Assembly (NCBI GenBank): GCA_047495785.1
Contig: JBLDXI010000033.1
Location: 310,001 to 374,000 of the forward strand
Source: Lepidodermella squamata
Taxonomy: Eukaryota > Animalia > Gastrotricha
Length of the DNA: 64,000 nucleotides
Direction of reading: 5' to 3'
Both the position numbers and the translations under genes were made by a program. The stretch's first letter is position 1; each line of letters begins with the position of its first letter. Of the stretch, positions 35,286-45,334 are shown piece after piece. The notes beneath the pieces are model-generated. The model saw nothing but the letters and a program-made list of their open reading frames with translations, did no database searches and was not told where the DNA came from.

Positions 35286-36419
35286 ATGCATGGCCTAATT
35301 TCGCTGATTTATCTCGTGTGTTTATGCAAATTCGCGTTAAGCATTACAGTTAATGAGTTAACCGCACGGCGGAGCCTTGAGCTGTTGGAAAAATGCCCAT
35401 TCTTCTCTACAGAGTCTTACTCGCCTACGTGCCCTGACGGCGCTATTGATAAATGTTCGATGACAGGTATTGAAGTTGACCTACATCTCGAAAAATTAGT
35501 TGACGTAAGTGACATATCACAAACCTTCTCCGTGCTCGGATTGCTGGTTTTAACCTGGAAGTTACACTGTCGGAATTTCCCTCATAATAGCAGCTCTCGG
35601 TTCTACCCGGATAGCAGTTTATTCTGGAAGCCACGGATCGACCACTACAACAAAGCTGGAGATGTGGCACTCAACGATCTGTCGCACAGATTCAGAATTA
35701 AATACGAACCAAAGACGGTAGTCATGTTCCAGTTAACCATAAGCGGTATGCTAGAATCGGCTTGTTTAATGGATTTTGGAAACTTCCCGCTGGATGAGCA
35801 GGAATGCTCCATCATTTTACTGCTAGAGGAGAACACAAATGCTGTGCAATTTGTACCGCACCATATGAACTTCTCTCCCTTCGATTTTGACCTGGAAATG
35901 GACAACTGGGCTTTGATCAGGTTCGAAAATCTCACCTACTTCAAACAAATGGGCGATTCGATTCGGAGCGTCGTTGAGTTTAAGATGACGCTGAGAAGAA
36001 ATCCTGATTTCTACATCAGCCATTTTATGCTTCCTTCCTGCATGTTATCACTGCTGCAACTTTTCGCCATAATTGACCCATCTTTGAATGAAAGATCGAC
36101 CTTCACAGTTACGATTTTACTAGCCTTGACGTTTCTGCAGCTTCACATCACCGAGCGGCTTCCTCGCAAACCTGAAAGGACTTTCCTAGGCGATTATACT
36201 GAAATGTGTGTGATTTATTCATGGTCCTGCACGGCCTTCACCCTAATTTCAACCAGTTGCTTCAAAACATGGCACTCGTGGATGTCGAAGAAAGTTCTTG
36301 TTGGGCGAAGAACTTTGGTCACGAGGAGGCGATTGGTGGATTTGACTGTTTTCTGCATAGCAAGCCTAAGCTTTCTTGGAATGAGCGCGTTTGCTGTTCA
36401 CAAGCTGTACACGTTATGA
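35286..36419 (+). CDS. Divergent intronless Cys-loop LGIC subunit (LGIC-6)
   Basis: CLMDFGNFPLDEQEC; M2 NERSTFTVTILLAL. Confidence 0.9.
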   Translation: MHGLISLIYLVCLCKFALSITVNELTARRSLELLEKCPFFSTESYSPTCPDGAIDKCSMTGIEVDLHLEKLVDVSDISQTFSVLGLLVLTWKLHCRNFPHNSSSRFYPDSSLFWKPRIDHYNKAGDVALNDLSHRFRIKYEPKTVVMFQLTISGMLESACLMDFGNFPLDEQECSIILLLEENTNAVQFVPHHMNFSPFDFDLEMDNWALIRFENLTYFKQMGDSIRSVVEFKMTLRRNPDFYISHFMLPSCMLSLLQLFAIIDPSLNERSTFTVTILLALTFLQLHITERLPRKPERTFLGDYTEMCVIYSWSCTAFTLISTSCFKTWHSWMSKKVLVGRRTLVTRRRLVDLTVFCIASLSFLGMSAFAVHKLYTL

Positions 36420-36676
36420 AACATTATTTGTGCTGAAACTGTCATTATTGTGAATAATTTGTAAAGCACTTAGAGACTTACTTTCGTCACTCTTGTTTTT
36501 TTTTTGGCGGATTGTACATCGGATTTACGTTGATGAGTTGGGTATGAGATCGATGTATTTTGATTATTAAAACCTTTTAGAAGAGTAAATTTCCGGAATA
36601 ATCATTTTATAAAACACTGCATTAGACATTAGCCAATCAGTATAAATCCTTAAAATTCATAAATATTCCTAGAACA

Positions 36677-37795
36677 ATGAAATCATGTAAATTGCTGCTC
36701 GTAAATTTTTCCATCTTATCAGGTGTGGCAGGCAATGCAGAAAACCGAAAAACTCTTGAACTTCTAGAAACATGCCCTAATGTATCTCCAGAGTCATATT
36801 CCCCTTCATGTCCCGGAGGAAAGTATCACGCATGTTCGGTGACCGAAATCGAAAGTCGACTTCATTTGGAGAGACTCTACGAGATCGATGACGTAACCGA
36901 GACGTTCTCGATGTTGGGTGCAATGCGATTTTCGTGGGCGGTCAAATGTTCCGAATACACTCAGCAGTACGAGACCAAGTTCTACCCGCAACCAGGATTC
37001 TTTTGGAAGCCGCAAGTTAGCCATCATAATACTGCTACGGATCGCGATTTCACGCAAACTATGGTCAACCGATATTCGGCAAAAATGGAGGAAAACGGGA
37101 CAATTGAGTTCCAATGGACCCTTCTAGGCACTTTCTTCTCAACATGCGACATGAATTTCGAGTTGTTTCCAGTTGATGAACAATTATGCGAGATAATAGT
37201 GGTGTCGCAGGATAATACAAAGGCTGTAAAGTTTCACCGAAACGCAGAGTTCGTCCTTAGCGATACTTTCAGAGAGCAGAGTTGGACTTCAAGAGATCCT
37301 AATGTAAGCTTAACGACTATGCTAGTCGACAACAGTGATAGGTATTCGTTGAGATACACTTTACGCTTCACCCGAAATCCGTGGTACTATATCAATAACT
37401 TGATGATACCTTGCCTCATCCTCGCTTGTCTCGAGCTCGCCGCATTCCTAATGGATCCTTCTGTTCCAGATAGGGCCTGTCTATCCGCTACTGTTCTTCT
37501 TGCTTTGGCGGTATTACAGGGTCAAATTTTGGACAGATTGCCCCCGAAGCCTCAGAAAATCTTCTTGAGTCAATACACGGATCTATGCGCATTTTTCTCA
37601 TGGGGATGTACGGTTTATGCGCTAATCATCAACGGATTGTCAAGGTCCTGGAAAAAATGGTTTCAAGACCATCTCAAACTCAAGTTTATTTGCGTCACAA
37701 GGTTGAGAATTGTCGATGGTATTGCATTCTGCTTGGCCTTGTTTGTTCTGATCGGAATCAATACATGGGCTTTTCGAATCGTCTGCGGCAGATGA
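36677..37795 (+). CDS. Divergent intronless Cys-loop LGIC subunit (LGIC-7)
   Basis: CDMNFELFPVDEQLC; M2 PDRACLSATVLLAL. Confidence 0.9.
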   Translation: MKSCKLLLVNFSILSGVAGNAENRKTLELLETCPNVSPESYSPSCPGGKYHACSVTEIESRLHLERLYEIDDVTETFSMLGAMRFSWAVKCSEYTQQYETKFYPQPGFFWKPQVSHHNTATDRDFTQTMVNRYSAKMEENGTIEFQWTLLGTFFSTCDMNFELFPVDEQLCEIIVVSQDNTKAVKFHRNAEFVLSDTFREQSWTSRDPNVSLTTMLVDNSDRYSLRYTLRFTRNPWYYINNLMIPCLILACLELAAFLMDPSVPDRACLSATVLLALAVLQGQILDRLPPKPQKIFLSQYTDLCAFFSWGCTVYALIINGLSRSWKKWFQDHLKLKFICVTRLRIVDGIAFCLALFVLIGINTWAFRIVCGR

Positions 37796-37986
37796 AATTC
37801 CTATTCTAACGATATCAGTCGTTTTTTGACGTAATATGGAGCAAATAAAAAATATGATATATGCACTTCGTTTAGAGTTTAGAGTTTTTCTATGATTCAA
37901 TATTTGTATAATTATTTCTGATTTCCGGTGATGCGATCCTCTCAAGTCATCCAGACTTTCAATCCATTAAGTTTTTGAATTCAAAA

Positions 37987-39117
37987 ATGTTCAGCACTTT
38001 TATTTTAATTTTGGTTCTGGCCTACTGCCTTCATGCTAGAAATTTGACACCAAGTTCAATGAGGCGAGCCATTGAGATCCTCGACAAATGTCCTCATCTC
38101 TCCCCAGAATCCTACTCTCCGCATTGTCCCCTTGGAAAGAACAGCGGTAAATGCGATGTCACTGAGGTTTGGATGTATTTCAGCGCTGAACAGCTGAGAA
38201 ATGTTGACGATATCGATGAAACCTTTGTCGTTTTTGGATTACTGCAGCTCTACTGGTACATCGATTGTGCTGATTTTGCCTCTAACACGCCCATTAAATT
38301 CTACGTCGATGAGGACGCGATTTGGAGGCCGAGAATCAGCCATCAGAATTCGCCCATCAACTCCGATATGTCTACCGGCTTTTCAACTCGCATGACAGTT
38401 AAGATTGAAAATTCTTCATTCGCATTTCAACTCGGAATCACCGGATCCTTCGTGTCAACTTGCGATATGAATTTACGATGGTTTCCAATCGATGTCCAGC
38501 GCTGCGAGGTCAGATTCATGCTACAGGAGAATCGCCACGCTGCTGTTTTTAAACTCGAAAATAATAGTATATTTCTCTCGAAATATTTTGAATCTGACAT
38601 GTGGCGACGGGTAACAAGCGATATGTGGGTAGGGTTTAGTGAAACAGGTGAGGCAGTAAGAGCGGCTGCTACTTTTACAATGTCAATTCAAAGGGACCCG
38701 ACGTTCTACGTAAATCACCTAATGATTCCTTGCACGTTGCTTGTTTTTCTCAACACAATGAGCTTCTGCATGGATCCCTCTGCCCCCGACCGGCCTGTGT
38801 TTGCCGTGAGCATTTTATTGGCTATAACCGTCTTACAAGGCCAGGTCATACAAAGCGTTCCTCGGACACCTCAAAGAATTTTCCTCAGCGATTTCATTGA
38901 TATGAACGCCTATTACTCTCTCAGCCTGAACGCTTATTTCCTGATCTCATATGGCCTTTGTAAAGCACACAGTGATTACTTCAAGCAAACATTTGGGCGT
39001 TCGAAATTTCAGATATCTATGAAGAGAATTGTTGACGCCATGGTTTTCACGCCATCCGCGGTCATTTTTATCGGGATTAATGCTTATGCGTATGGAGTTG
39101 TATTTAAACTGATATGA
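37987..39117 (+). CDS. Divergent intronless Cys-loop LGIC subunit (LGIC-8)
   Basis: CDMNLRWFPIDVQRC; M2 PDRPVFAVSILLAI. Confidence 0.9.
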   Translation: MFSTFILILVLAYCLHARNLTPSSMRRAIEILDKCPHLSPESYSPHCPLGKNSGKCDVTEVWMYFSAEQLRNVDDIDETFVVFGLLQLYWYIDCADFASNTPIKFYVDEDAIWRPRISHQNSPINSDMSTGFSTRMTVKIENSSFAFQLGITGSFVSTCDMNLRWFPIDVQRCEVRFMLQENRHAAVFKLENNSIFLSKYFESDMWRRVTSDMWVGFSETGEAVRAAATFTMSIQRDPTFYVNHLMIPCTLLVFLNTMSFCMDPSAPDRPVFAVSILLAITVLQGQVIQSVPRTPQRIFLSDFIDMNAYYSLSLNAYFLISYGLCKAHSDYFKQTFGRSKFQISMKRIVDAMVFTPSAVIFIGINAYAYGVVFKLI

Positions 39118-39934
39118 AGCTATATTATAACCAATTAAAAGTATGTTTTACGACATTCTGCAGAATCTTACTATTTAATATTCATATAAATAAAGTCGAA
39201 TATATATTTACTACGCGTCGACATTTGAAGGCTAGGTATGGTTTGTAATGAGAGCAATGGTTGAATAAATACCGTATTCCCTTGCGAACTGTGGCACTGC
39301 CGTTAAACAAGAAGAGAGCTGGCATGCAACTATACCCCGGGGAAAATTTGAATTTTTCAATTAAGATTATTAACGTTGTAATAGCAATCCCAAACACTCA
39401 AACACTCATGTAAATACCAAATAACAGTACATTGCGTTTTACGAAAACCAACACACTTCAGCTGATTTTGAGGAGTGAGAGACGGACAGAAAACATTGGA
39501 ACCTAAATTAGTTGACTCTTTCCCTGGTAGAGTTTTGTCTTCGGAGATTTTTTGTATTATTGTCTGCAATTTGTGATCATAAAAAAAATTAACGACAAGT
39601 GGAGGCTTATACGGAATTTCTGAAGCAGTAGTATAAGGTGACGAGAAAACAATGCAAGTGTTTCCAATCAATCTTCCGCCCATAAAATAGATAACTACGT
39701 GCCTATAACAGAGCAACCGAAGCAAATATGGCGCGGCATGTGTTTCGTTTCCCAGCTGCAGCCACTCGGCAATCTGTCTCCAAAAATATAATATAAGTGC
39801 TATCTATATTTCTGTTTGATAACCAGTATTTTGGAGTACAAACGGTTGATGACATTTAGCGCTATCAAATTTTTACGACGTTTCGATTTCTAGCAGAAAT
39901 CATCTTCAGGGAGATAAAGTTAAATGGTTTTGAT

Positions 39935-40070
39935 CAGCGTAGAAGATGGACATTTTGCCGAAAGAAGGATATAGGTAAGGGCCCCCCCCCCCCTTATATC
40001 GCTCAAGTTTCCGCAGGAACCAGGGAAAAAATGATAAGGGTCCCCCGTCCCCCCGCCATCTTCGACACTG
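39935..40070. mobile_element. hAT-like MITE (nested)
   Basis: TIRs cagcgtagaagatgg / ccatcttcgacactg; degenerate 8-bp TSD gttttgat/gttttggc. Confidence 0.6.
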
Positions 40071-40109
40071 GTTTTGGCATAAAATCTTAAGGCAGATATT
40101 TTAAAATTG

Positions 40110-40275
40110 CAGAGCTGGAAAACCTGCAGGATTTCCTACGCGTCATCGTTTTTTAAATTTCCTACTAAACCACCACTTCCTTCAACTTTTGACTGTTTCC
40201 TAAGCCAAAATTGCCTACTTTTCCCAAAATTTCCTACGCACCTGGTGCGTCATTTCTGCAAGTTTTCCAGCTCTG
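40110..40275. mobile_element. hAT-like MITE (nested)
   Basis: TIRs cagagctggaaaac / gttttccagctctg; perfect 8-bp TSD taaaattg. Confidence 0.8.
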
Positions 40276-40412
40276 TAAAATTGATTATGAATTCTGAAGA
40301 CTGAAGCAGAATCAAGCAGAAAAATTAGCCGAAATTATCTCAATTTTCAGTCTTCGTAATCAATTTAAAAATATCTGCCTTGAGATTTTAATTACGATTA
40401 TATGCCTAAACC

Positions 40413-40449
40413 CATAGAGAATAGAGAATAGGTAACTCTATTCTCTATG
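40413..40449. mobile_element. 37-bp hairpin micro-element with 8-bp TSD
   Basis: catagagaatagag...ctctattctctatg flanked by cctaaacc on both sides. Confidence 0.6.
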
Positions 40450-40779
40450 CCTAAACCATTTAACTTTGTCTTCCTGAAGATGATTTCTGTTAGAAATCGA
40501 AACGTCGTAAAAAAAACTGATAGCGCTAAATTTCATCAACCGTTTATCTAGATATACTTCGAGTCGAGAATTCAAAGTTCAATTGAAGAAGACCATTCAT
40601 TTCTTCAATTTCACACCGTCCAAACAATTATTTTTCCTGCAGAGTAGTTGAAGGTCAGAACGGATACTTTTTGGCTCCACCATGTGCTCTGCCAACGCAA
40701 CGCATACCTAATTTTATTCAGTTGCTAGCTTGATATGTTAAGCTCGGTCTCAGTTAATTTTTTTTATCGCAACAAAACA

Positions 40780-41256
40780 ATGCTTTTACCAAGCTTCATT
40801 GCAACTGCATCACTAATTATCTGCACTGGAGCTGCTGCCGATTCCTATATCTTTGAAGCGCAGCGAGAATGCAACAAAAAAGTCTTCGTGAATCTCGATT
40901 CGTTCTTTGCCGCAAACAGAGTAACCGACCTCGCCTTCCGTAAACATATCACAGATAATTTGCTGCAAGAATGCTCTAGGAATGCTGCAGATTATGCCAA
41001 GAAGTTGGAGCTATGTGATATGAACGAGGAATGTCTGGAAACTGAGAGAACTGCTTTCTATTACAAACAATATTCTGAAAGCTTTTTTGGCAAAGCTCGG
41101 CATTTGGAACTGTCGCCACATTGTCGCAAAGTTGCAACCTCTCTTGGTTTGTTTTTCAAAAGATTGGAGAGGTCGAATAGAGCTCTTGGCACTCAGCAGA
41201 AGGTAGAAATTACTGTGCGGATTTTGGGGGATTGCGAGCTAGCAGCTAGCGGTTAA
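40780..41256 (+). CDS. Secreted helical six-Cys orphan protein C
   Basis: Signal peptide from ATG 40780 (MLLPSFIATASLIICTGAAA), then a charged, helix-like mature region with 6 Cys; AATAAA downstream. Confidence 0.6.
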   Translation: MLLPSFIATASLIICTGAAADSYIFEAQRECNKKVFVNLDSFFAANRVTDLAFRKHITDNLLQECSRNAADYAKKLELCDMNEECLETERTAFYYKQYSESFFGKARHLELSPHCRKVATSLGLFFKRLERSNRALGTQQKVEITVRILGDCELAASG

Positions 41257-41872
41257 GTCGGCAGAATCGGATATTTCACAACTGCAAACTCCTAAACCTT
41301 CGTAGCCAAATAAAGACATACTCGTGGAAGTAATTGACAGCAAAGAACTTCTGATAAAAATTCTGACTATTAATTTCCTGTAGGTTGAACCTATAATGAA
41401 CCCATGTTTACCATGTTACAAGTTTTACAAAAAACTAAGATAGTTTTTATTGCACGTTTTGCATAGTTTTTGAGGATTTCGAGAATCCTCGTCTTCAGAA
41501 GAACTGCGTAAAGCTTATCTTAGGATCTTCAGATGTTTCATGGTATGGTTGTAGTGCAGTTGGGGTTTACGGCAAATTTTCGGAGAAACCATTTTCCCCT
41601 TCAATCGATGGAGTCAAATATGGCTGCGAACGAGTCGGCGTTATCGAGGTCACTCAAGTGTCTATTCAAGGCGTTGATTTTTTATGTGACTGGCGCGATG
41701 CCGGTTATGCTGGTTCTACTAGCACCTTATCTAACACCGAGAATTCACACAACGAGCTCGTACCTTGGTTTCAATGACGAACTGGTCGTTGCTGATTTCA
41801 ACTTTTGAAAATTTCCATCTTAAAATGGTCACTTATCTTTTCTGAAAAAACTCTGTTTACTTTCAAACTCAA

Positions 41873-41917
41873 TTCACCTGATGATGAAATCTGTATTGAT
41901 TTCGAAACGTCGTGCAA
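41873..41917 (+). ncRNA. Minimal type I hammerhead ribozyme (Penelope/retrozyme type)
   Basis: cac-CTGATGA-t-gaaatc(tgtatt)gatttc-GAAA-C-GTC-gtg: stem I cac/gtg, perfect 6-bp stem II, palindromic ACGT stem III, GUC cleavage triplet, followed by AATAAA. Confidence 0.7.
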
Positions 41918-42628
41918 TAAAAACTACCTTAGAACCCATGTTTACAAATCGTTATATTGCGTGTCTTATATATTATTTCGTCATGTTTTTCAGACGCAAC
42001 TCTGCTTATTTTTGTTGAGAATTGAGAAACGGACTTGACCAATCATAAAGCTCCTTTCCTATTTCATTTAATTCGGATCCGTTAATAGAATTAACGAATC
42101 GTCGTAACTTTATCGCTTCTACTTTCACGCATCAAAATAATTAAAATACACAATTTTAATCCTTATTATACCAGTACCTTTCGGTTAGTGACACTGCCAT
42201 ACTTAACGAGGGATTTCGTTAGTCACTTTTTATGTGCCAGCTTCTGTATTGGCTGCCACAGTTTGCAAGGGAATACTGTACACATAGCTGAACAAAATTG
42301 CCTGGAATTTTAATTGCTCTGCTTAGAATTGAAATAGGATAGAATTTTCTATAAATTTAGATTTCATATAGCAAAGGAATCATGATGAATTTTGAACGAC
42401 GTTTTGAAATGCTTGAATTGTTTGCCTTTCGAGTTTCACGCACCATATATTTCTATCCATAAGCCAGAGCTTTGATCAAAATGTCAATCCATCGATTCAT
42501 CATGGTCGTGTGAAACGGTACAGGATATTGGAAAAGCTTCCAACAATTGCAGAATTTACAGCGCCCTCTATTTTTCAACACGAACATCTGCTTCATAAAT
42601 CTGAACAATCCCTTCGTCCATTTTGAGG

Positions 42629-43849
42629 ATGCTTGGTCTTGTAGTCTTCAGCATTAGCTTATATTTATGCAAAATAAAATTAGTAAATACGGAAATTTCG
42701 CTACATGATTACCGCATCGAAAAACCTAAAAGTTTCGAGCTCGCTAAGCGATGTGACCATCTGAGGTCTGAATTCGAAAGTATCAATTGTCCATTTCTCA
42801 AAACGGAAAGCTGTACTTCAACCAAAGTGAACATTACATTTCTGATGACTCGATTCTACGGCATAGATGACGTGAACGAGAAGATAGTGATGTCAGCACA
42901 AATTCAGCTTACATGGTCAGCGCCTTGCCTGGTAACCAACTCAACATTACTGAACGGGTCTTTTTACCCGGATGGAAACATATTTTGGCGACCTCAACTT
43001 CGCCACCTAAATTCTGCTAATAACCCAACCATGCGAGGGCTAAGCAGTATATTGTCTGTGCAACTTGTTGGCGGACGGGCTATATTCGACCAAAAAATAG
43101 AGGGGATGCTTCATTCAATATGCGATATTGACTTAACAATATTCCCGTTCGACATTCAGATCTGCAATGTCACGCTGCAGCTTGGCAACCAGGAAGGACG
43201 GGTTCACTTTGGCAAGGTAAAACAGCACTTAGACGTATCAGTCCTTCAGTCGTCCTCTCTTTGGATCGTTAGAAATGTATCGGTGACCGCAATTAATTTC
43301 AAAGACGGATCTAGAGGAGCGATGTTCCAAACGCTAACCCGACGAAGTTCCTCGTTCTACGTTTGGCTCATCCTTTTTCCAACTGCGATTATTACTTTAT
43401 TTAACATCTTAGCATTAGCTATGCCCGCTAAAATACCGGACAGATCGGCTTTTGCTGCGACGATTTTGCTTGCGTTTACGGCTCTTAAGGCGGAGATCGC
43501 AGATCGGACACCAAAAAAATCAGGGCCGCTTCTACTAGCTGATTACGTTCGCTTTTGTCAGCTTTTATCTACCTTTCTAGTTATCTACACCTTAGTTACA
43601 TGTGCTCTGTCAAAGTCGCGGCTTCACAAAATATGGTTTAAGCGGACTATAAACTTGACTCGATCGATCAAGATTTCTCACCATCGAGCTTTAGACAGCA
43701 TAGCTATGACCTTAGCGTTTATTGTTTTTGTGCTTATCAATTTGATATTTCTGAATTTATTGACCTATCAGTCGACCTTGTATTCAGAGTTCTTGAAGTC
43801 TGTCGGTGCTAACCTTAGAAAGTCTACATCGAGAAATTCCAATGTTTGA
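42629..43849 (+). CDS. Divergent intronless Cys-loop LGIC subunit (LGIC-9)
   Basis: CDIDLTIFPFDIQIC; M2 PDRSAFAATILLAF. Confidence 0.88.
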   Translation: MLGLVVFSISLYLCKIKLVNTEISLHDYRIEKPKSFELAKRCDHLRSEFESINCPFLKTESCTSTKVNITFLMTRFYGIDDVNEKIVMSAQIQLTWSAPCLVTNSTLLNGSFYPDGNIFWRPQLRHLNSANNPTMRGLSSILSVQLVGGRAIFDQKIEGMLHSICDIDLTIFPFDIQICNVTLQLGNQEGRVHFGKVKQHLDVSVLQSSSLWIVRNVSVTAINFKDGSRGAMFQTLTRRSSSFYVWLILFPTAIITLFNILALAMPAKIPDRSAFAATILLAFTALKAEIADRTPKKSGPLLLADYVRFCQLLSTFLVIYTLVTCALSKSRLHKIWFKRTINLTRSIKISHHRALDSIAMTLAFIVFVLINLIFLNLLTYQSTLYSEFLKSVGANLRKSTSRNSNV

Positions 43850-44011
43850 GAAAATACTTGTGGGTGCAATTATTTTAGCGGATGTAAAAATAAAAAAGAG
43901 AGTTTGAGGAGGATACGGATACGTACTATAGCTCCTTCAATATTGACTTGCTGATGCAAGGCTTAGCAGGTTCCATCTTCCAAAAAACAAAACGTCACAT
44001 CCGAGGTGAGT

Positions 44012-45124
44012 TTACTCTACCGAAATATTTATAAGCCATGAGTAAATAATCAAAAGCGAAAACGATAGCAAGGTGACAGCAATAACTGAATAGTCCAAAA
44101 TACGTCCATACGTTAGCCATTCAAACATATCAACAGTAGTCATAAACCATTCATGATAACGACGCGAAAGTCCGCAAGTCACTAGAGCGTAAAGGTTAAT
44201 AAAACTCGTCATCAGCAAACAGCAATGCATATAAAATCGTATAAGCACAAATCCAGGCGATACTGGTACTGTTCGGGACGTCTCCAGATGCACGTAGATC
44301 AGAGCTAATAAGAATGTTACTGTCATTAGAGGTCTGTCCGGTAAGTTTGAAGCCATAAGAAGAGACGCCGCGTTGAGAATCGTCAATACTCCAGTTGGAA
44401 CCATTATTTCATAAACAATCGTGTGCGAGATGCGTTTTAAATGAAATAGGCATAGAATCAATGTTTTATTAGCCATTTGACAGCTTGGTCTTTCTGCTAA
44501 TTGCCAGACATCGATTTCAAAATTGAAAGAATCTGCGAGTATCAAATCAGGCTGCTCGAAGTGTACTAGCCCAGGCTGGTGGCCTAAGATTTTAAGCTCC
44601 AGTTTACACATCTGATGATCGAAGGGGTACATTTTGATATCAATGCTGCAAGATGAGCTGAAAATCCCCGAGAGCAGCCAATTGAAGTCGGCGATATTTT
44701 GGTTCTTCGCATCCTTTTTATGGCCAACTCTCAAACTGGAAGCGAGATCTTGCATACCATGGCGGTAAACGGCATTTTTATGAACTATTCTCGGCTTCCA
44801 GAAAGAAGGCTCCAATGGATTAAAGTAGCCTATTCCTCCAGCTTCAATAAAACAAGGCGCGACCCACGTCAACTCTAGCTTTCCCAACACGCTGAAAGCT
44901 TGAGCCGCCTCATCCACACCGTAAAAACGTTGCAGTTCAATTTTGGTTTCCAAACCCAGCTCTCTGCATGAACTCAACTTGTTGGACATGCACTTCGGTG
45001 AAAGACTTTCCAAAGACAAACGACTGCAGTTGCCGATCAAGTATCGAGTCGAAAGGAATATTGATGAATGAGCTGTAGCGAGTGCAGCCCAGTAGCTGGC
45101 TATAACGAAGCTGGTGAACATCAT
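44012..45124 (-). CDS. Divergent intronless Cys-loop LGIC subunit (LGIC-10)
   Basis: CSIDIKMYPFDHQMC; M2 PDRPLMTVTFLLAL; ATG at 45124. Confidence 0.88.
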   Translation of the reverse strand: MMFTSFVIASYWAALATAHSSIFLSTRYLIGNCSRLSLESLSPKCMSNKLSSCRELGLETKIELQRFYGVDEAAQAFSVLGKLELTWVAPCFIEAGGIGYFNPLEPSFWKPRIVHKNAVYRHGMQDLASSLRVGHKKDAKNQNIADFNWLLSGIFSSSCSIDIKMYPFDHQMCKLELKILGHQPGLVHFEQPDLILADSFNFEIDVWQLAERPSCQMANKTLILCLFHLKRISHTIVYEIMVPTGVLTILNAASLLMASNLPDRPLMTVTFLLALIYVHLETSRTVPVSPGFVLIRFYMHCCLLMTSFINLYALVTCGLSRRYHEWFMTTVDMFEWLTYGRILDYSVIAVTLLSFSLLIIYSWLINISVE

Positions 45125-45334
45125 TCCCAGATCAAGAGAGAAATTCACGGGGCTACCTTTCGCTTTCGCAGGGATAGACTATCAATTTTCTCGCAGTCCA
45201 ATACCAGTAACACACTACTGCGCAATTTTTTCATTTCCGGTTAAACCTGATATTGAACACCAGTTTCATCTATTTGTGTGGAGCGATTTTATGGCCAGAT
45301 TCATGGCATTATCAATAATCAATCAATCAATCAA

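Larger units (their letters stand above)
39840..40545. mobile_element. Palindromic Penelope-like terminal-repeat remnant with hammerhead cores and three nested insertions
   Basis: The arms 39840-39931 and ~40450-40545 are inverted copies containing ctgaaga-t-gatttct...agaaatc-gaaa-cgtc. Inner arms at 40081-40109 and 40361-40389 are also inverted. Confidence 0.65.
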
